A stretch of DNA of 64,000 bases from Camelus dromedarius (lineage: Eukaryota): assembly GCF_036321535.1 (NCBI RefSeq), contig NC_087436.1:58034001-58098000 (forward strand), given 5' to 3'. The notes under the pieces were generated by a model. It did not search any database. It was not told the origin of the DNA and saw only the letters and a program-made list of their open reading frames with translations. Below, one piece after another: positions 25,741-40,409 of this stretch. The position numbers were made by a program, and so were the translations under genes. The stretch's first letter is position 1, and every line of letters starts with the position of its first letter.

Positions 25741-27997
25741 CAAACAAATAAAATATCAAATATCTTGGATGTAATGCCTAAGAAAGTTTACACAAACTTC
25801 CTGTTGCAAACAAAGTGAAAGCAAATATCATGATTTCATAACATTGGACCCAGAAGTGAAGAGATAAAAAAATAAAAGAAAGGAATAATTAGCTAAAGAA
25901 AATTTTCCTTGCAGCCAGTTGAAATACACTATGAGCTAATTTCACTAAGTAAGATAAATTATCCTAACTTTCCCAAAAGCTAAATGATCCATTTACAAGC
26001 CTGAATGCAACACTTTGTGAGAAAAGCTCACTTATCTTCTGATATAAAAATCATCTTTAAGTTTGTTTTTCAAGTCATGATTAGAGTTTAAGCTACAACT
26101 GTCATTACAGTTGATCTGGAAATTATACTCATGTTAGGTTACCTATGTCTATACATCTCTTCTTACTACAAGTATCTTTGATTGAAATCATTTTTAGGCT
26201 GTGTTAATTTATAATCACACACACATATAGTATCTTCTGCAAAATAGTTCAGGTTTTGCCAGGTAATTTTCTTTCATCTCTTTTTTAAAAAAGAGTTGTA
26301 ATAATAAGCTCAAAAGACTGCACTTCATTCAAAATAAAGAAATATACTCATTTAAGTCTGATAATTGGTGTCTTAATTTATACTTAATTCTCATTCTACT
26401 TTTAATTACAAATTATTTAAGGGAAATCCCTAAGCACTGCCAGATGATAAACCTGCAAAAGACATTCTAATTAGGTAAAAATGGTCATCAACAAGTTGCT
26501 TTTTTTTTTTTGATAATAAGTTATGTTTCACTTTTTACGTCACTACATTACCTTAACTAAATGTTTGACATAGTCTGAGCCAATATTCCTAACTTTGAGC
26601 CCTTACTGTTATCTTTATTACCTTGGTACTTTCAGAAACAAAATTCATCTCTCAGAGGAAAACAGAAAGGGATAAAACAATGCTATGTATATTGCCAGTA
26701 GGATTATCCTTCTTCTGAATAAATAAATGCCTTACAGCCAAAGAGAATAATTAGGATGCTATCCATTTTACTGGATAATATATTTTACATATTTCCTGCT
26801 TATAAATTTAAGTCCTGAAGTATCAGAAATATATAAACAAATACATTTCTCCAGAGTTGAAAACACAAAAACTTTTTAAAGTTTTCTTTTTTGTTATGAA
26901 AAAAGAAGCCAAGTTTCCTAATTCTTTTCCATTTTGCAAATCCATTATCAAAAGTAAATGTCAGTTCCTTCATAAATGCTTTCTACTAAGTATCTATCTT
27001 CCTTATAATAGAAATATGTTGTTAAATAATACTATTAACATTTGTGATGTTTTAATTACTTAACATGTCCTTTGAATTTAAATTCTCTTCTAAGACACAA
27101 ATTTTTCTGTTGTCTAGTGAAATAGTTTTAGATAAACATCTGTAATACTTCCAATAAGACTATTAAAATTATATAAGAAGCATTTAAAAGAATGCTCTAG
27201 TCATTTTGACAAATAGAAAGGTAATCTTTTTCAGAATTTTGTGTTTTGTGAGTAAATTTTAAAAGACTACAAAAATACCTCAAATATTAATTGTTAATGG
27301 GCCTGTATCTAAATATAGAATAACTATTGATTTATTTTCTCTTAAACTTTTCTTTTAAAAAATACAAACAACTCCAATAAATATATTGTATAATTAAAAA
27401 GTTATCACAATTCTTACGTTTTATGAGTTTTTTCCCTTAATATAAAAGGTTGGCTGCATACCGCTTTAAATTTTCTTTAGTATTAATAGATGCAATTCCA
27501 TTTTAAACCTACATTTGATAGTATAGTTTTTGCCTATTTGTGATCAGAAAAGTTATATAAAACTAAAGTCCTGACCATCTATTGGTCTTCTCTTTTTCAG
27601 TAATGAGAATCTGTGCTACAGTAGCACATGCATGGGAATGTTTAATGATCTTGAGATAAAATGATGTTGTTAATATCTTTATGCAAACAGGAGGATTCCT
27701 TTGTACTTTTTATAGAATTTTAAGATTTCATTTTATGCCTAATAAAATTAAAATAAAAGTCATCTGTTAGGCTTGAAAAGAAAAATGTCATGGGGATATT
27801 AGAACAGACCATCAGTTTAGCCTGGGTAACCTCATACCATTTCTTTTATCATGAAGACATGGTCGTAATTGTAATATAACATTGCACTCAAGCTTTACCT
27901 TAAAAAAAATCTCTTAATTTTGGTTTCAAATTAAATTACTTGTAAATATTAAATATGATTAAAATTTCACAATTTAAATTATCTAATAATACGGTTT

Positions 27998-28095
27998 GTG
28001 AATCTAATGTCACAAAATTAAGTGGCAGAGCAAAGAATCTGAACATAGGCAAGCTGAGTTCAGGATCATGTTCTTAATTATATTCCCTACACTGT
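27998..28095 (-). mobile_element. MIR fragment
   Basis: gtcacaaaattaagtggcagagc...tctgaac. Confidence 0.55.
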
Positions 28096-28988
28096 TTCTA
28101 ATTTACTACCTTTTAATGTCTTTCTTAAAACAATTACCAAGTTTTGGATTTTATACAGAAAAAAAAAAAGAAGAGAGAGAGACCATCTGGAGCTGATAGG
28201 AAGAAAGGAAGGTAAAGGCAATGGGACCATTTGAGAGAATTATTGCAGCTTTGGGCTTGTATTACTGGCCATTAGGGAAGAGCAGCTGCAGGACAGGTGA
28301 GGCTAGGGAAGCCAGGTTGAATCCAGCTTGGCTGGCTGTGCTCTGCCCTTTAAGTTATTTTTAAGAGTATATCTTATAAAAGGAGAAAGATGTGAACACG
28401 GAGAGTATGATGACAACCCAAATGCAAATTATTTTCCTGCTGTTTTATGTTCAGCAGTTCACCCAGGTCTTACTACCGTCACAGAACCACTGACAGCAAT
28501 TGGTTAATTAAGGATCATCTACACCAGTGTTTCAAAGTTAAAACCTTTGAGGTCTCAAGAATATGTTCTTGGATGCCAGTTTGAGAAACCCAAACTGACA
28601 AACAAATACTCTTATTCTTCGCTTGGTGCCAACTCAGAAGAAAATGGAGGGAATAAAAATGCATGGAGGTACTAGGCTAAAAGACTGTGTTCTTGTTCTT
28701 CCAGTGTGTGTATGTATATAGGTTTCAGTAAAGATGTTGTGTACTCCTTGAAAGAATTTAAAAGTAAAATCTCATGGAAACCTGTATATACCTAAGAATA
28801 TACATTGGAAAGTAGTTTGGAAATCATTGTTTAATATAAAAAAATTCATGATGGACACAAGGGCTCTCTCCACATTCTTTCTGATTTACTTAATACACAC
28901 TCAACTCCTTCTTGAGCTGGATAACTCACATATTGTAAAACAAAGCAAAATTAAATCTGTGTTTTCTGCTTTGGGGATAAGAACTTAC

Positions 28989-29123
28989 GAGAATGTGGTG
29001 CAGATTTTTTACCCTCCATGCAAATTTTGTATAGAGTTGTTGCTTGTCTTTCCTGTAACTGAGCTTCTTTATGTTAGTCCTCTCCTAGGATTTTTAGCTT
29101 TCCGTTGATATTATACCACTATG
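28989..29123 (-). pseudogene. Candidate pseudo-exon
   Basis: Strong acceptor tcctctgtttccctctactgtgtccag| and donor |gtaagt, 135 nt. Stops in all frames; reading frame ambiguous. Confidence 0.35.
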
Positions 29124-30143
29124 CTGGACACAGTAGAGGGAAACAGAGGATAGTAAGAAAGGCAGGGACCTAATCCAACAAAAAAGAGGCTCTTGGAAGT
29201 CTTAACTTACTCTTTTTTGGGGCCAGTGGTGAAATTAGATTTTGATTAGTCAATTTTGTTTGTCCACTCTTAAGACTTGATGAATTCTACTATTTTATAG
29301 TCACAGTTGTCTCCAAGCTTTATAAATTGCTCTTAAAATGGAATTGATCTCTTGGTGGGTAAACTGCAGCTAACTTTTCATTAGTGAAAACTAATGATGG
29401 ATGCATAACAACTCAAAATAAATAACAGCTTTACTTTAATCCAGTGTCAACATTTTCTCTCACCAAACACAGAGCCAAACAAGCTGATATTAACTAGTTT
29501 CATCTTTCTTTCTATTTCTGCTCCGGATGAAACATAGCAAGTAACAATACCACTTTACTGAAAGTTAAAGGCAAATCTGGAATAAAGTATTATCTGAACA
29601 ATTGATTAGCTAACTACTTAGTCCCTGAGTAATTAAAACTTTTATCTTTTATTTTTTAACAAAGAGCATTGGTATCCTAAATAAATAAAATAATTATTTT
29701 CAGTAAACTGTCGACATGTCCTTGTTTAGTATCCTCCAACATTGCACAGTCTAATGATTACATGTCATTCTTCAAGAAAAAAATAATTTGTACTGAACAG
29801 TGAAAACTGTAGGATATCTAATGTAATAAAATTCCGTTAGTGTTCTATGCTTGTTATGTAATCAGATTATACTCCCCAAAGAAGCCCTATCCCATACAAT
29901 GTCTTTATCCCATTTGCTAACTAAGAAATAAGGAGATGTTCTACAAAACTGCTAAGGGACTGATATAGTGGGTACAAACACCTAGTGTCATGTCTGGGTA
30001 CACACAGGAGGTGCCATTTTCTAATAACTACTTGTTTTTTGGCTTTAATTTCCATATTAACAGTAAATACTGTATTTTTTCTTTTTAATAGATGGAGTTA
30101 GCAGCAAGGAATTCTCAGCAAGAAGTAAGCAAGAAAAACTCAC

Positions 30144-30448
30144 CTTGATTGGTGCCCAATACGGTGATACATAACTCTTGGGGTAGAGACACTATGCTAC
30201 AGGAAGCCTCAGAGGATGACAAATGCTACTCATTTTGAAGTCCCCAAGTATTTTGTGACAATGATTTCATTTACTAGATAAAACCCTCTTCATTTAGGTT
30301 TGCAATCCCTTTCACACTAAATGTACCATGGTTTAACCTGAGGCCATGGATGAAAGGTGTTTTAATTGTTGACCTTGAAATGCTCTACATAAGACCCTGA
30401 TCAGGAAGGTACATTTTGTAAAAGGCTTTAGCCACAGGAAGTACTGAG
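30144..30448 (-). pseudogene. Pseudo-exon with TIR-like motifs
   Basis: tttttttaatttcag| acceptor and AAG|gtgagt donor, 305 nt. SVKGIANLNEEGFI and SK*VAFVI[frameshift]SEASCSIVSLPQELCI. Confidence 0.5.
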
Positions 30449-32499
30449 CTGAAATTAAAAAAACCTCTTGGTATAAAGGATGTTTTTTATGTATCTGTTG
30501 ATTGAAATTTAGATGTTCTGTTTTTCAGTTATGTTTTCTTAAAAAACAAGAAGAAAAAGAAAGGGTAAATAAATACTCATTACGTTCTTCCTTTTATTAA
30601 CTAAGATAAGAGAAATTTCAAAAGGTAACATTCATGTTGCTGCATGTTACTCAAAGAAAATTTGAAACCATCACTAAAGGGAAAAAAACACCTGGATATA
30701 ATGGAAATTATACATTTTTTAATATTCAAAGCAGTATGACCACTGGAATCCTTAGTTAAACTAGTATAGTGAAGAATTTCCTTTTTTTTTTATTCTTTTC
30801 TCTTTCTAGTAATGAATGAAAACTAAAATTTTCACTCCTTAAGTGAAGAACAGAGTAGAAAATAAAAATAAAAACAAATATTTACATTTGATCAGTATTC
30901 TCTTCTTACAAAACTTTTTATTGAACATAGCAACACCAAATGGTAATTTATCATGTTCTAATGAATTTCACATTTAAATATAGGGTAGCCTGAAAATAAA
31001 GTACCTACTTATTTTTTAAAAAGCCATACTCTCAATTATATAAATGAAATTGATTTTTTAAAGTCTAAAACTGTACTTCATTTTTTCTATGGGAATAGAA
31101 ATTTATTTAAACTAAGTAGTTAATTTTTAAGAGCAAATTTATTATTAAGGAATTTATGATAACATTTATATTCTTGTTTTTTCCAAATAATTTTAAAAAT
31201 CTCCAATGGAAAGCACAATATTACACTTGAAAGACAGGTGTAATTTTAGAAAGATACAAAATATTTAGGGTAATTAAAGGATTTTTGATGAAGTGTCTAA
31301 ATTTAGTAGTTTGTAATTTTTATTCAGTCTTTATCCTTACAATATTTCCACACAGATCTTTCTCAACGTAATTTCATGTTTTCTGTGCAACTACTCCATA
31401 AAGTGACAGGAATACTGCAGATGAGTGGATGAGTTTTTAAAAGATAGTTGAAGCTACTCATAGAAGTTAATTTTAAAAGAAATAGACTAAATTTCAAACC
31501 TAATAATGGGATAACTTATTCTAAAAATAAATGAGCTGGATATGACTAAAGTAGTTTAATTTTAATAGCACACTTAATTCAGCATCTAATGTAGTTTGCA
31601 TTTGTCTTCATTTCTTTTCCTTTCTCTAAGCCAATTTCTTTCTAGAATCTTCTACTCATTTTGTGTCTCCTGTTTTGGCTCCTGCCCCTCCCCATTTTTC
31701 ACTTGCTCCTATATATGTTTCAGTTTCCTTTCATTTCTCTTTCTTCAGACACCTACATTCTGAAACATACAGAGATGCTGAACCAGCTTCCCAATTACCA
31801 TTGCCCAGACTGGGGTTTAGGCAGAGAGGCAGTGCCTGGGAGTCAGTAGGTACATGGATTTTAGAGTCCAACTATGAAAGTGTAAGAAGTCCCAGCACTG
31901 CCACTGTACTTCACTATCCTGTTAGTACCAACAGCTACCCCCAAAATACTGTTAAACAATTGCGTGAATTGATTTTCATAAAGCACTTACAACAGTAACT
32001 TTCCTGCTATTTTAGGAGACAAGGCATCTCTCCCTATTTTTAGAAATGTCTTTGAAGATAATTTTTTATCCCAAATTTTTCATTCTTTCTCTTATATCAT
32101 TTTTCTTCACAATGGTTCCTTCCCCTGAACATTCTAGAATGTTCAAGCCCCACTCATTTTCCAAACATACAAAAGAATAGAAATGTTAAACATACATACA
32201 CACACACGCTCACACTGTATGCAAACACACAAATGCCACAGGAAAAAAATATTCATAGGTATTGCCCTATCCTTCTGACCTTTTAATGTGAAACATTCTG
32301 AGTTTAATTTGTATTGTTGTTTCTATGTGCTTACCTTCTGCTATAATCTGCCATCAACCAAGTCCATTATCCTGAAATCATTATTTTGTGACCTTATGCC
32401 CTTCAATAAGAAACTGTGATCTAATAGCTTCCTATGTTTCACTATCCTTCCTCTATAGAATTCAGCAAGCCTATGCAAGTTGAACATCCTCTCTTTTTT

Positions 32500-32684
32500 A
32501 TTTTTTAATTCTTATTTTTATTGAAGTGTAGTCAATTTACAATGTTAGTTTCACATGTACAGCAAAGTGATTCAGTTATACATATACATACATTTATATA
32601 ACATATATTTCAGATTCTTTCCCATTACAGCTCATTACAAGAAATTGAACATAGTTCCCTGTGCTATACAATAGGTCCTTGTTA
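32500..32684 (-). mobile_element. 5'-truncated young L1 3' end with TSD
   Basis: attgaagtgtagtcaatttacaatg...atagttccctgtgctataca. TSD atcctctctttttt at 32486-32499 and 32688-32701. Confidence 0.88.
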
Positions 32685-33514
32685 AAAATCCTCTCTTTTT
32701 TGATATTGTCATGACATATGGTATAGTTAAAAGAGCTTGGGTTTAAGAGCCAAAGAGAACCGTGGGTCCACTTAGTTTTAACAATAGCTTTACCACTACA
32801 TGATGAGACTCATGGGTTACTGTGAAGTCTAAAAAGCAAATATAAATCCCCAGGGAAGATCCTTGTTCATGATATACACTGAAACAACACTTCCCTTGTT
32901 TCGGGCCCTTCTCTAAGTAACTAAATTGTTTAAAATCATTTGATGTTCATTAGTACCCTATCAAGTATGTTACTATCTGTGTTTAAATTATAAATGTGGA
33001 AATATTTTATTAAAGGGTTAAATAATCTAACCAAAATCTTAGTTACTGGTAAGACAGGCTTTGTGCCCATGTAGTCTGACTCCTCCAGTATCTGTGCTCT
33101 TCATCTCCGTGCTGTTTTGTAGCTCCCCTGTTGCTTTGACTTCTGGAACGCTGCTTTCTCAATTATTGTCTCCCTCATGTCCTTTTTCCCTCCTGCGGAT
33201 CTACTAATCTACCTCAGACATCTGTCTTTGGTCCACTAGCAGTGAGTCTTCATCTGCTAATGGTTTCAGATTTCTCTGAGAATTTGAAGCAAATGTTGGA
33301 AATCTTTTTTTCAGAATAAGGCATATATGTGTTCATAAGCATGGCTGATTCCAGAGATTAATTTACCTCATGAAAGCTATTTGTTAAGAGGCCAGAATCC
33401 AGCATGTAACAAATCCTGTTGGTATTACATTCTGATCACTCTTGAAATACCCCCCATTTCTCTGCCATTGCCTACAAATAGCCACTAAACTTTTTTTTTT
33501 TCAGTGAAATGGGT

Positions 33515-33660
33515 CTAGCATAGTGATTAGAAACTTTCGAGTTAAACAGATATGGATTAGACTCCCAGCTCCATTACTGAATTAGCTTTGTGTCTTTGAG
33601 CAACTTACATATATTTTTTCCTACAGCTAAATAGGTGAAGATAATGATGAAGACATCGTT
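33515..33660 (+). mobile_element. MIR fragment (similar fragments at ~31820-31997, 32716-32880, 32940-33120)
   Basis: agcatagtgattaga...cccagctccattact...gtgtctttgagcaacttac. Confidence 0.6.
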
Positions 33661-34392
33661 AAGTATATAAGTGTGTGCTGTGCATATACACTTCACAGTG
33701 CATATTCACATATTAAAATACCAGGTCATCCATCAGTCAGCCTTCTAAAGATGCTTATATATGTTGACTGACAATTTCCCAATTGCATTCAACCATAAAT
33801 TGTTTTTCATGAGAAGCTAATTAATAATACACTGGGTATCACTCTCCCTTGCTAATCTCTCAGCAAATCCTCTATATTGTCTACAGGACTGACTTTTCTA
33901 AAACACATGTGACTAACTTCTGTGAGGAGCCTGTATTGTCCTGATGTAATAATTATTCATACAATGGCCTCAATCTACCACCCTGGTTCCTTAACGTCTA
34001 ACTCCTGCCCCCACAACTATTTGCTTTTACCTTCAAATAACTTTCTTTATTTGTATTATTTGTGTACATCTCCCTCTGCTTAGAATGCCCAATTACCTCT
34101 GGCATGTAGAAAACCCATATCTCCGTATGCCTTTTAATTGCTATGTAAGTAGAATCTATCCCATTTCTTTTCACAAAAATGCTCATTTTACTTATACACA
34201 TTTCTATTATGGTAACATTGTTTTTATAATTATTTATCTTGGATCCGGTCTTTACCATGGAATTTAATCTTCTGGAGAGCTACATCAGTACTTGTCAATA
34301 TTTTATCGTTTTTTTGATGTTCTTCCCCACTTCTTCTCCCTAATCTCACGATATGCTTTATCACATGCTGGCTCATAATTACCCTTCAAATA

Positions 34393-34815
34393 GTGGATAG
34401 ACCTAGAGGGTATTATGCTAAGTGAAGTAAGTCAGACAGAGAAAGACAAATACCATATGATTCACTTATATATGGAATCTAAAAAACAAAAGAAGTGAAC
34501 AAACATAACAAAACAGAAAGTGACACAGATACAGAGAACAAACTGGTGGTTGTCAGAGGGGAGGAGGATGGGGAGATGGGAGAAATAGGTGAAGGGGATT
34601 AAGAGTTAAAACACCTAGCTATAAAATAAACGTCATGGGGATATAAGGTGCAATATAGAGAATATAGTCAATAATATTATAATAACTGTATGATGATATA
34701 TGTAACTAGACTTACCATGGTGATCATTTTATATTGTATAAAAATATTGAATCACTATGTTGTACAACTGAAACTAATATTGTATGTAAATTATAATTTA
34801 ATAAATATAAAATAT
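34393..34815 (+). mobile_element. L1 3' end (L1MA9-like)
   Basis: gacctagagggtattatgctaagtgaagtaagtcagacagagaaagacaaatac. Confidence 0.88.
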
Positions 34816-35132
34816 AATGAAATACATGATTACATGGTATTTATTCTCCACCTTTAAATATTGAAAATGGGTGAATTAAATAAGTTATGATTAAGAATGA
34901 TTAAGAAGTAATCAAAATATCTAGTAACTTTTTGTGCCCATATGGAGTTAACAGGTAGGATATGCAATATCTCCAAGCTATAGGCAGTCACAGGTATGAA
35001 TTTCTAGCGATAGTAAAGGGAATACATACATATATACTAAAACACATTGACTGAAAACAAGCAAAAACCTCCAATACAGAAAAACTCTTTAATAAGTGAC
35101 ACACAAATATATACATAACAAGTAAACATAAC

Positions 35133-35138
<6 letters not shown>

Positions 35139-35162
<24 letters not shown>
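35139..35162. repeat. (TA)12 microsatellite
   Basis: Read directly from the sequence. Confidence 0.9.
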
Positions 35163-35163
<1 letters not shown>

Positions 35164-37146
35164 CTTCACATGGCAAGTCAAAAACCTTTACATTTTTTAG
35201 AACCCTTGCTGAAAATCTCAGATATGAGCAATATATGGATGAGGTATGATGACTTGTTTTAAATCTTTTAACTCACTGAGAAGTTCAGTGCATGGAATAT
35301 TAACTAAATATGTAACATTATGTGTTTACATAGTATTAGCATATGGGGTCAATAAACATAAAGTTATCCACAATAAATACAGATTTTTTTTTTAAACTCA
35401 ACAAATAGAAGAAGGTTATAAAACTCTTCTCAAGATCATCCATACCACCTCTCAAGACCATCTGCTTACTTATTAGAATCCATTTCATTATAACAACTTC
35501 CTCTATCGCTGTGAAAAGAAATCTGAATTCAGATTGGGGTTAAAAGGAAAGCAGATGTTATTCTCTAAACAATACTACAACCTTACCTTAAGAAGGTCAA
35601 AATGGTTTAGAAATGTTTCTGTCACATAAATGGTAATCCTCATATCAATCCTGCCAGGTAAGCAATTATATATATAATTTCCCATCTGAACTTCAGCAAC
35701 GTTTTGAGAATATTAAATATTAAAGGTGCTTTCTTTACTTCTAACTTCCATTTAGTTACTTCAATTTCATGCTTAACAATAATGTGATAAAGATTTATAT
35801 ATATATGTTATATGTATGTGTATTTTATATATATCACATATGCATATGTAGAGCCTGGCTTAGCTATAACTTTCTCATCCCTTCTTTTTATTTTTCTTGG
35901 CTAAGCAAATTAAAAATCGAGTAATTTTTAGGCAATTTCATGCCATTCTTATGTCCAAGCATAACTAGTATTTTTAGAAATGTCAACAGCAAAAGATTTT
36001 TTAATCAATGGAGTATCCTTTTTAGTTTTTAATAATAAGTATGTTTTTCTTCAAAGACATCAGCCACCTTGCCTTACTAGTTCATCTGATACAGAAATAA
36101 GTCCAAAGTCAAGTCCCAGATGACACATCATGGATCATAATGTGGCAATAAGTTATCGTACCTACCAAATGTAGGTAGATTTGAACCAGGTTGCCTTAGG
36201 GCTAAGTAGACTAATTGTGTTGTGTTTTGTTTTTTCCCAGATATTTTCATTGCTCTGTCTTACTTCTGTGTAGATGATCAAAATATATAGAGAGATCTTA
36301 CATATACAGTATGGGCATGATGCTAAGCAATATATATGAGTGTTTGTCTGTATACGAGTACATATTTGAAGCCATAGTTTTGATTAAAGCATTTCTGCCT
36401 CTCTTGGGTTTGAAGAACAGACCAAAAAAAAAAAAAAAAAGAAAAGAAAAAAGAAAAAGAAAAAGAGCAGACAAACAGGAAAATGCAAAAATAAGTGATG
36501 TTTTAATTAGCTTAACTTTGTAAAGAAAGAAAAAATGAAATTAAGAGTAATTATAAAAGCTGCACCAGAGTACTATTACTCTCTCTTCTCACAGAAATGT
36601 GGAAAGGTTAGCTAACAGGATCTTGATAATTCTTATTAATATCTTCTAAACTAGATAGAGTGAGTCCAGAAAAATGAACAAGGAGCACCAGTGAAAACTA
36701 AAGGTAAAATCCTTGAAATTAGGTATCTTAGCAAGGAAGGAGAATCGCAGATTTCCAGGGCACCATGGAACTTGGAATGGCTACAAAGGCTCTGAGTATC
36801 CCATCACAAGAGTAAATTCTAATACAAGACAATTAACAGTATCTCAGAAGTGAGAACAGAATATATATTGTCCAGAAATAACTGTAAACAGAAGCATGGA
36901 AACCAAGTTCTCCAACTCTAGATGATAAGAAAAAAAGAACCAAATTCAGATTCTGTAGAAAAGGGGATCAAACAGAATTCATCTACTAATGTTAGAAAAA
37001 GTAAAATATCTAATTTAAGCTATGTATTTCTGCCTGACAAAGAAGAATGAAGTAGTAAGATGACTACATAAACATCACATATTAAAGAGAATAAGATAGA
37101 CTTTTCTCCTGGAAGACCCCTTTGGTTCTCTCCAGGTTTGGCTCAC

Positions 37147-37830
37147 GCTTTCATTACAAGGTTCATTACAGGAGGAATGCTCTCCTTACTGATGATGTGG
37201 TCCTTGCTGTTCAGCATACTTTGGTCTATCCTTTCACTAGACCCCGATTATTTTTTCCTTCCTGCACAGAGCAGCCCTTCATCTCTGGTTTAAACTAGGG
37301 CCAGAGTAGTTCACTATGATACACCCTGCTTACCAGACTATATTGTTTTCTCCTGGAGTTGGACAGGTGGAAGTTTACCCAGTTCATTCAGTAGATTCCT
37401 CCAGTTCACTCACATCCACCCAGACATTCTCTCCATCGTCTATTACCAATTCTACTAGTTGTTGTACAAAGCATTAAAAACATTTTTTATGCCATCAAAT
37501 CACAGAAGTACTTGATTAAGGATATGGAATTACCTGATTTGACTTAGTGATATTTTCCCAACAACTTATCCTAAAAAGCCAGAGGGCCATTTCTCTATGG
37601 ACCTGATATTTTGTGATGACAGCATATGGTGATCCAGAGGACATTAGGCAAGCCATTAACAAGGGCCTGTGAACCACTTTATGAAGTATTTTTGAAACGA
37701 AAATTAATGGGTATTTTTTTCTGAGAGCTCTTTCATACTTGAATGCAGCTGGATGAGATTCATTTGCAAGGAGAAATTTTGTTTATATGCCTTTTGACTT
37801 CATTAAGCAAAAATATTGAAAAACAGCTAG
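37147..37830 (-). pseudogene. Large pseudo-exon with a near-complete TIR-like domain
   Basis: Pyrimidine-rich acceptor ...caactatag|. The first 99 codons have one stop. The same frame continues through CFVQQLVELVIDDGENVWVDV...AGCIIVNY...RAALCRKEKIIGV. Candidate donor AGC|gtgagc gives 684 nt, phase 0-0; an alternative donor lies at 37534. Confidence 0.55.
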
Positions 37831-38599
37831 CTATAGTTGATGCAAAGGAACACAAAAGCAAAAATTGCTACACACCATGTTTCAAAATACATTTGGAAGT
37901 AGAAGATTTAAATGAAATATCAACACCACGGCTGCCATGATCACCACCACTAAAACACACAAACAACAAGAAGAACAAAAACAGAAAAATAAAATAAAAT
38001 AAAACATACCCACACATATAATCTGTGAGAACAGTTTAAAAATATATTCATTTTCAGAAGAAAGAAAGAAAAAGAAACAAAGGAAGGGAGGGAATGAGGG
38101 AGAGAAGAAAGAAGGGAAAGAAAGAAATTTTGGCTTTTTCCAGATAGAATAAGAATTGAACTAAGGATATTTCAAAAAGCTGCTACTTCATTTGCAAAGA
38201 CATATTTATATTTCTGTATATTTTAACTAACAAACAGCAGACTTATAAATACAGTGTATGATTTCTTGCCCAGATTTTAACAGATTTCTAAATTCAAAAT
38301 AGAATTTTCATTATTTTTATGTAGAAATTCCTTCCTAGCATCTAGACATAATTTTTTTTTTAATGTTACTTTAAAAAACTTTTTCAGAGATTAGCTATAA
38401 CGGAAGTCATGAATGTATATGTATTACCTTTCCTAGAAAATTTGGAGCTCCTGGAGAGATAGAGATTAAGCCTTAAAGAAGCTCTTGGTCCATTTTTTCA
38501 TTATTTGGCTACTAATTAAGCTTTAAATGATATCCTTTGACTCATATCTATCACCTACATGAAAATTAATACCCTCTTCTCCATTTTTCTCTTCTTTAT

Positions 38600-40400
38600 C
38601 CTCCATTTATTTGAAATGGCAAAATTACTAATTTGTTAGACCATATTTACATACTATTACTCTACCCTTTTCAAACCTCTGTTTTAGTCTTATGTCTACA
38701 ATTAAATATATTGAGTGTTTACTATCAATCCTTTGGTCAAAACTTACCTGATAACCACGTAGGTGGAAACAGCTCAGCCTCTGGTGAGTGTAGTATTCTC
38801 CAAGTTCTTTCAAGTTTAATACTTGAAAGACAGCTTGGCTCACATAGTCTTTCCTTTGTATTTTTGGAGAACAGGGTCCCCCTATTGTCTTATTTTGAAT
38901 ATTGTTGTGAATGTGTCTGATGACAACCTGATTCTGTTTTTGGTTTTGGTTTTGGTTTTTTTGGTTGAGGGGAAGTAACTTGATCTCTTTCTCTGGAAGC
39001 CCAGAGGACTTTTAAAAAAAGTACCCATAAGGGCTAAAAATTTTTATAGGGTGTGCTTAAGAGTTAATGTGATATGCCCTTTTAATATGTAACTGAAGAT
39101 CTTTTATTTCTGAAAAACTTTCTTGAGTTACAGCCCTAAAAAAATTCTTTTTCTACTCCTATGTCTGAGTTTTCCTCATCAGGGATTCCAATTTTAAGAA
39201 ATCTGTAACTTCTTAGATAACTATATCATTTTTTCTCTGATTCTTTTTAGTTCTTTATTTTATTTTCATTTCCTCAGCTCCTTCATTGCTCCCCACGCTT
39301 TCTCTTCATCAATGCCAGTTATAAAAAATATTCATGAGAATCTATTCCTCCTTAGGCACCTTTCAGTTTAATCTTTATTACTGAGGTCTTTTTTTTTTTT
39401 TCCTCTTCTTCTCTTTCATTTCAGAACTATTCAACTCTGATTTCACATATTTTTATATTTTGTCAATTTCTGTTTTTTAGAGTCACTTATTCAAAATGTA
39501 TTTTTTCATATCTGCAAGTGATTTTTTAAAAGATATTTAATTAGGTTTGGGTGTTGTGTTTCAATTCTCTTCTGTTTCTTGGGCGTTTTGTGTGTCTGTG
39601 TGTGTGAGATGGTGGGGGGAAATTTTCAGTTATAATTTTTTGATACTCATGTATCTTTTCTTTTTGTAGTAGATTTGTATAAATGTTGTCAAAGATTTTC
39701 TGTTCATTTTGAAATAACTTTTTTTCCTAAATAAGTAATAGCTGGTAAAAGGCCAAAAATAATTTTACTGACTTTACACAAATATTTCTATGTTCATGGA
39801 CACTGTCATATGGTTAAAGTGAAAAGAAACTTCATTTATTGAGGGTATCTCTTCTTAATGCAATAGGGTTCTCTTAGGTAGTGATTCTCTTTTTTTTCTG
39901 TAGGGCTTTTAAATTTCAACCATTTGATTCCTTTTTTTCCCATTAATTACAGAGCCTCAAAGGGATATTCCACACTCTTCTGATTTGCCCATTCTTGCTC
40001 AGAAATAGTATCATCTCAATATTGTTACCTTTAGTCCCAATAATTTCAAGCACCTTCCTTTCTCCTCGCCTGTTCTTAGACCTGTTCTCAGTATTTCCTT
40101 GGATCTGTTTTCAATGTCTCTCTTTGTGGGAGTTATTTTATCTGTGGTCAGCCACCACTATGCCTCCACTTCCTTTCTTTCATTTCAGTCTCTGTCTCCC
40201 TAATTCAGTGTGGGCTCCAGAGCCAGCTCTGGTGTTATAGGAGTTTATATCCTTACACTCAGATAATTGCAACACTGTTGTATCTCCTGTATGCTAGTTA
40301 TACTAGAGATTTTGTATGTGTTGGGGGATAGTTATGATGCTTACAAGCTACATGGGTTTTAGAAGATATTTGGGAACATTTGGACTTAGGAAGTCACTAT
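38600..40400 (-). mobile_element. HAL1 or old L1 ORF1-region fragment
   Basis: T-rich. ctattgtctt...gtctgatgacaacctgattc...ctctggaagc resembles antisense HAL1. Confidence 0.55.
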
Positions 40401-40409
40401 TATCCTATG

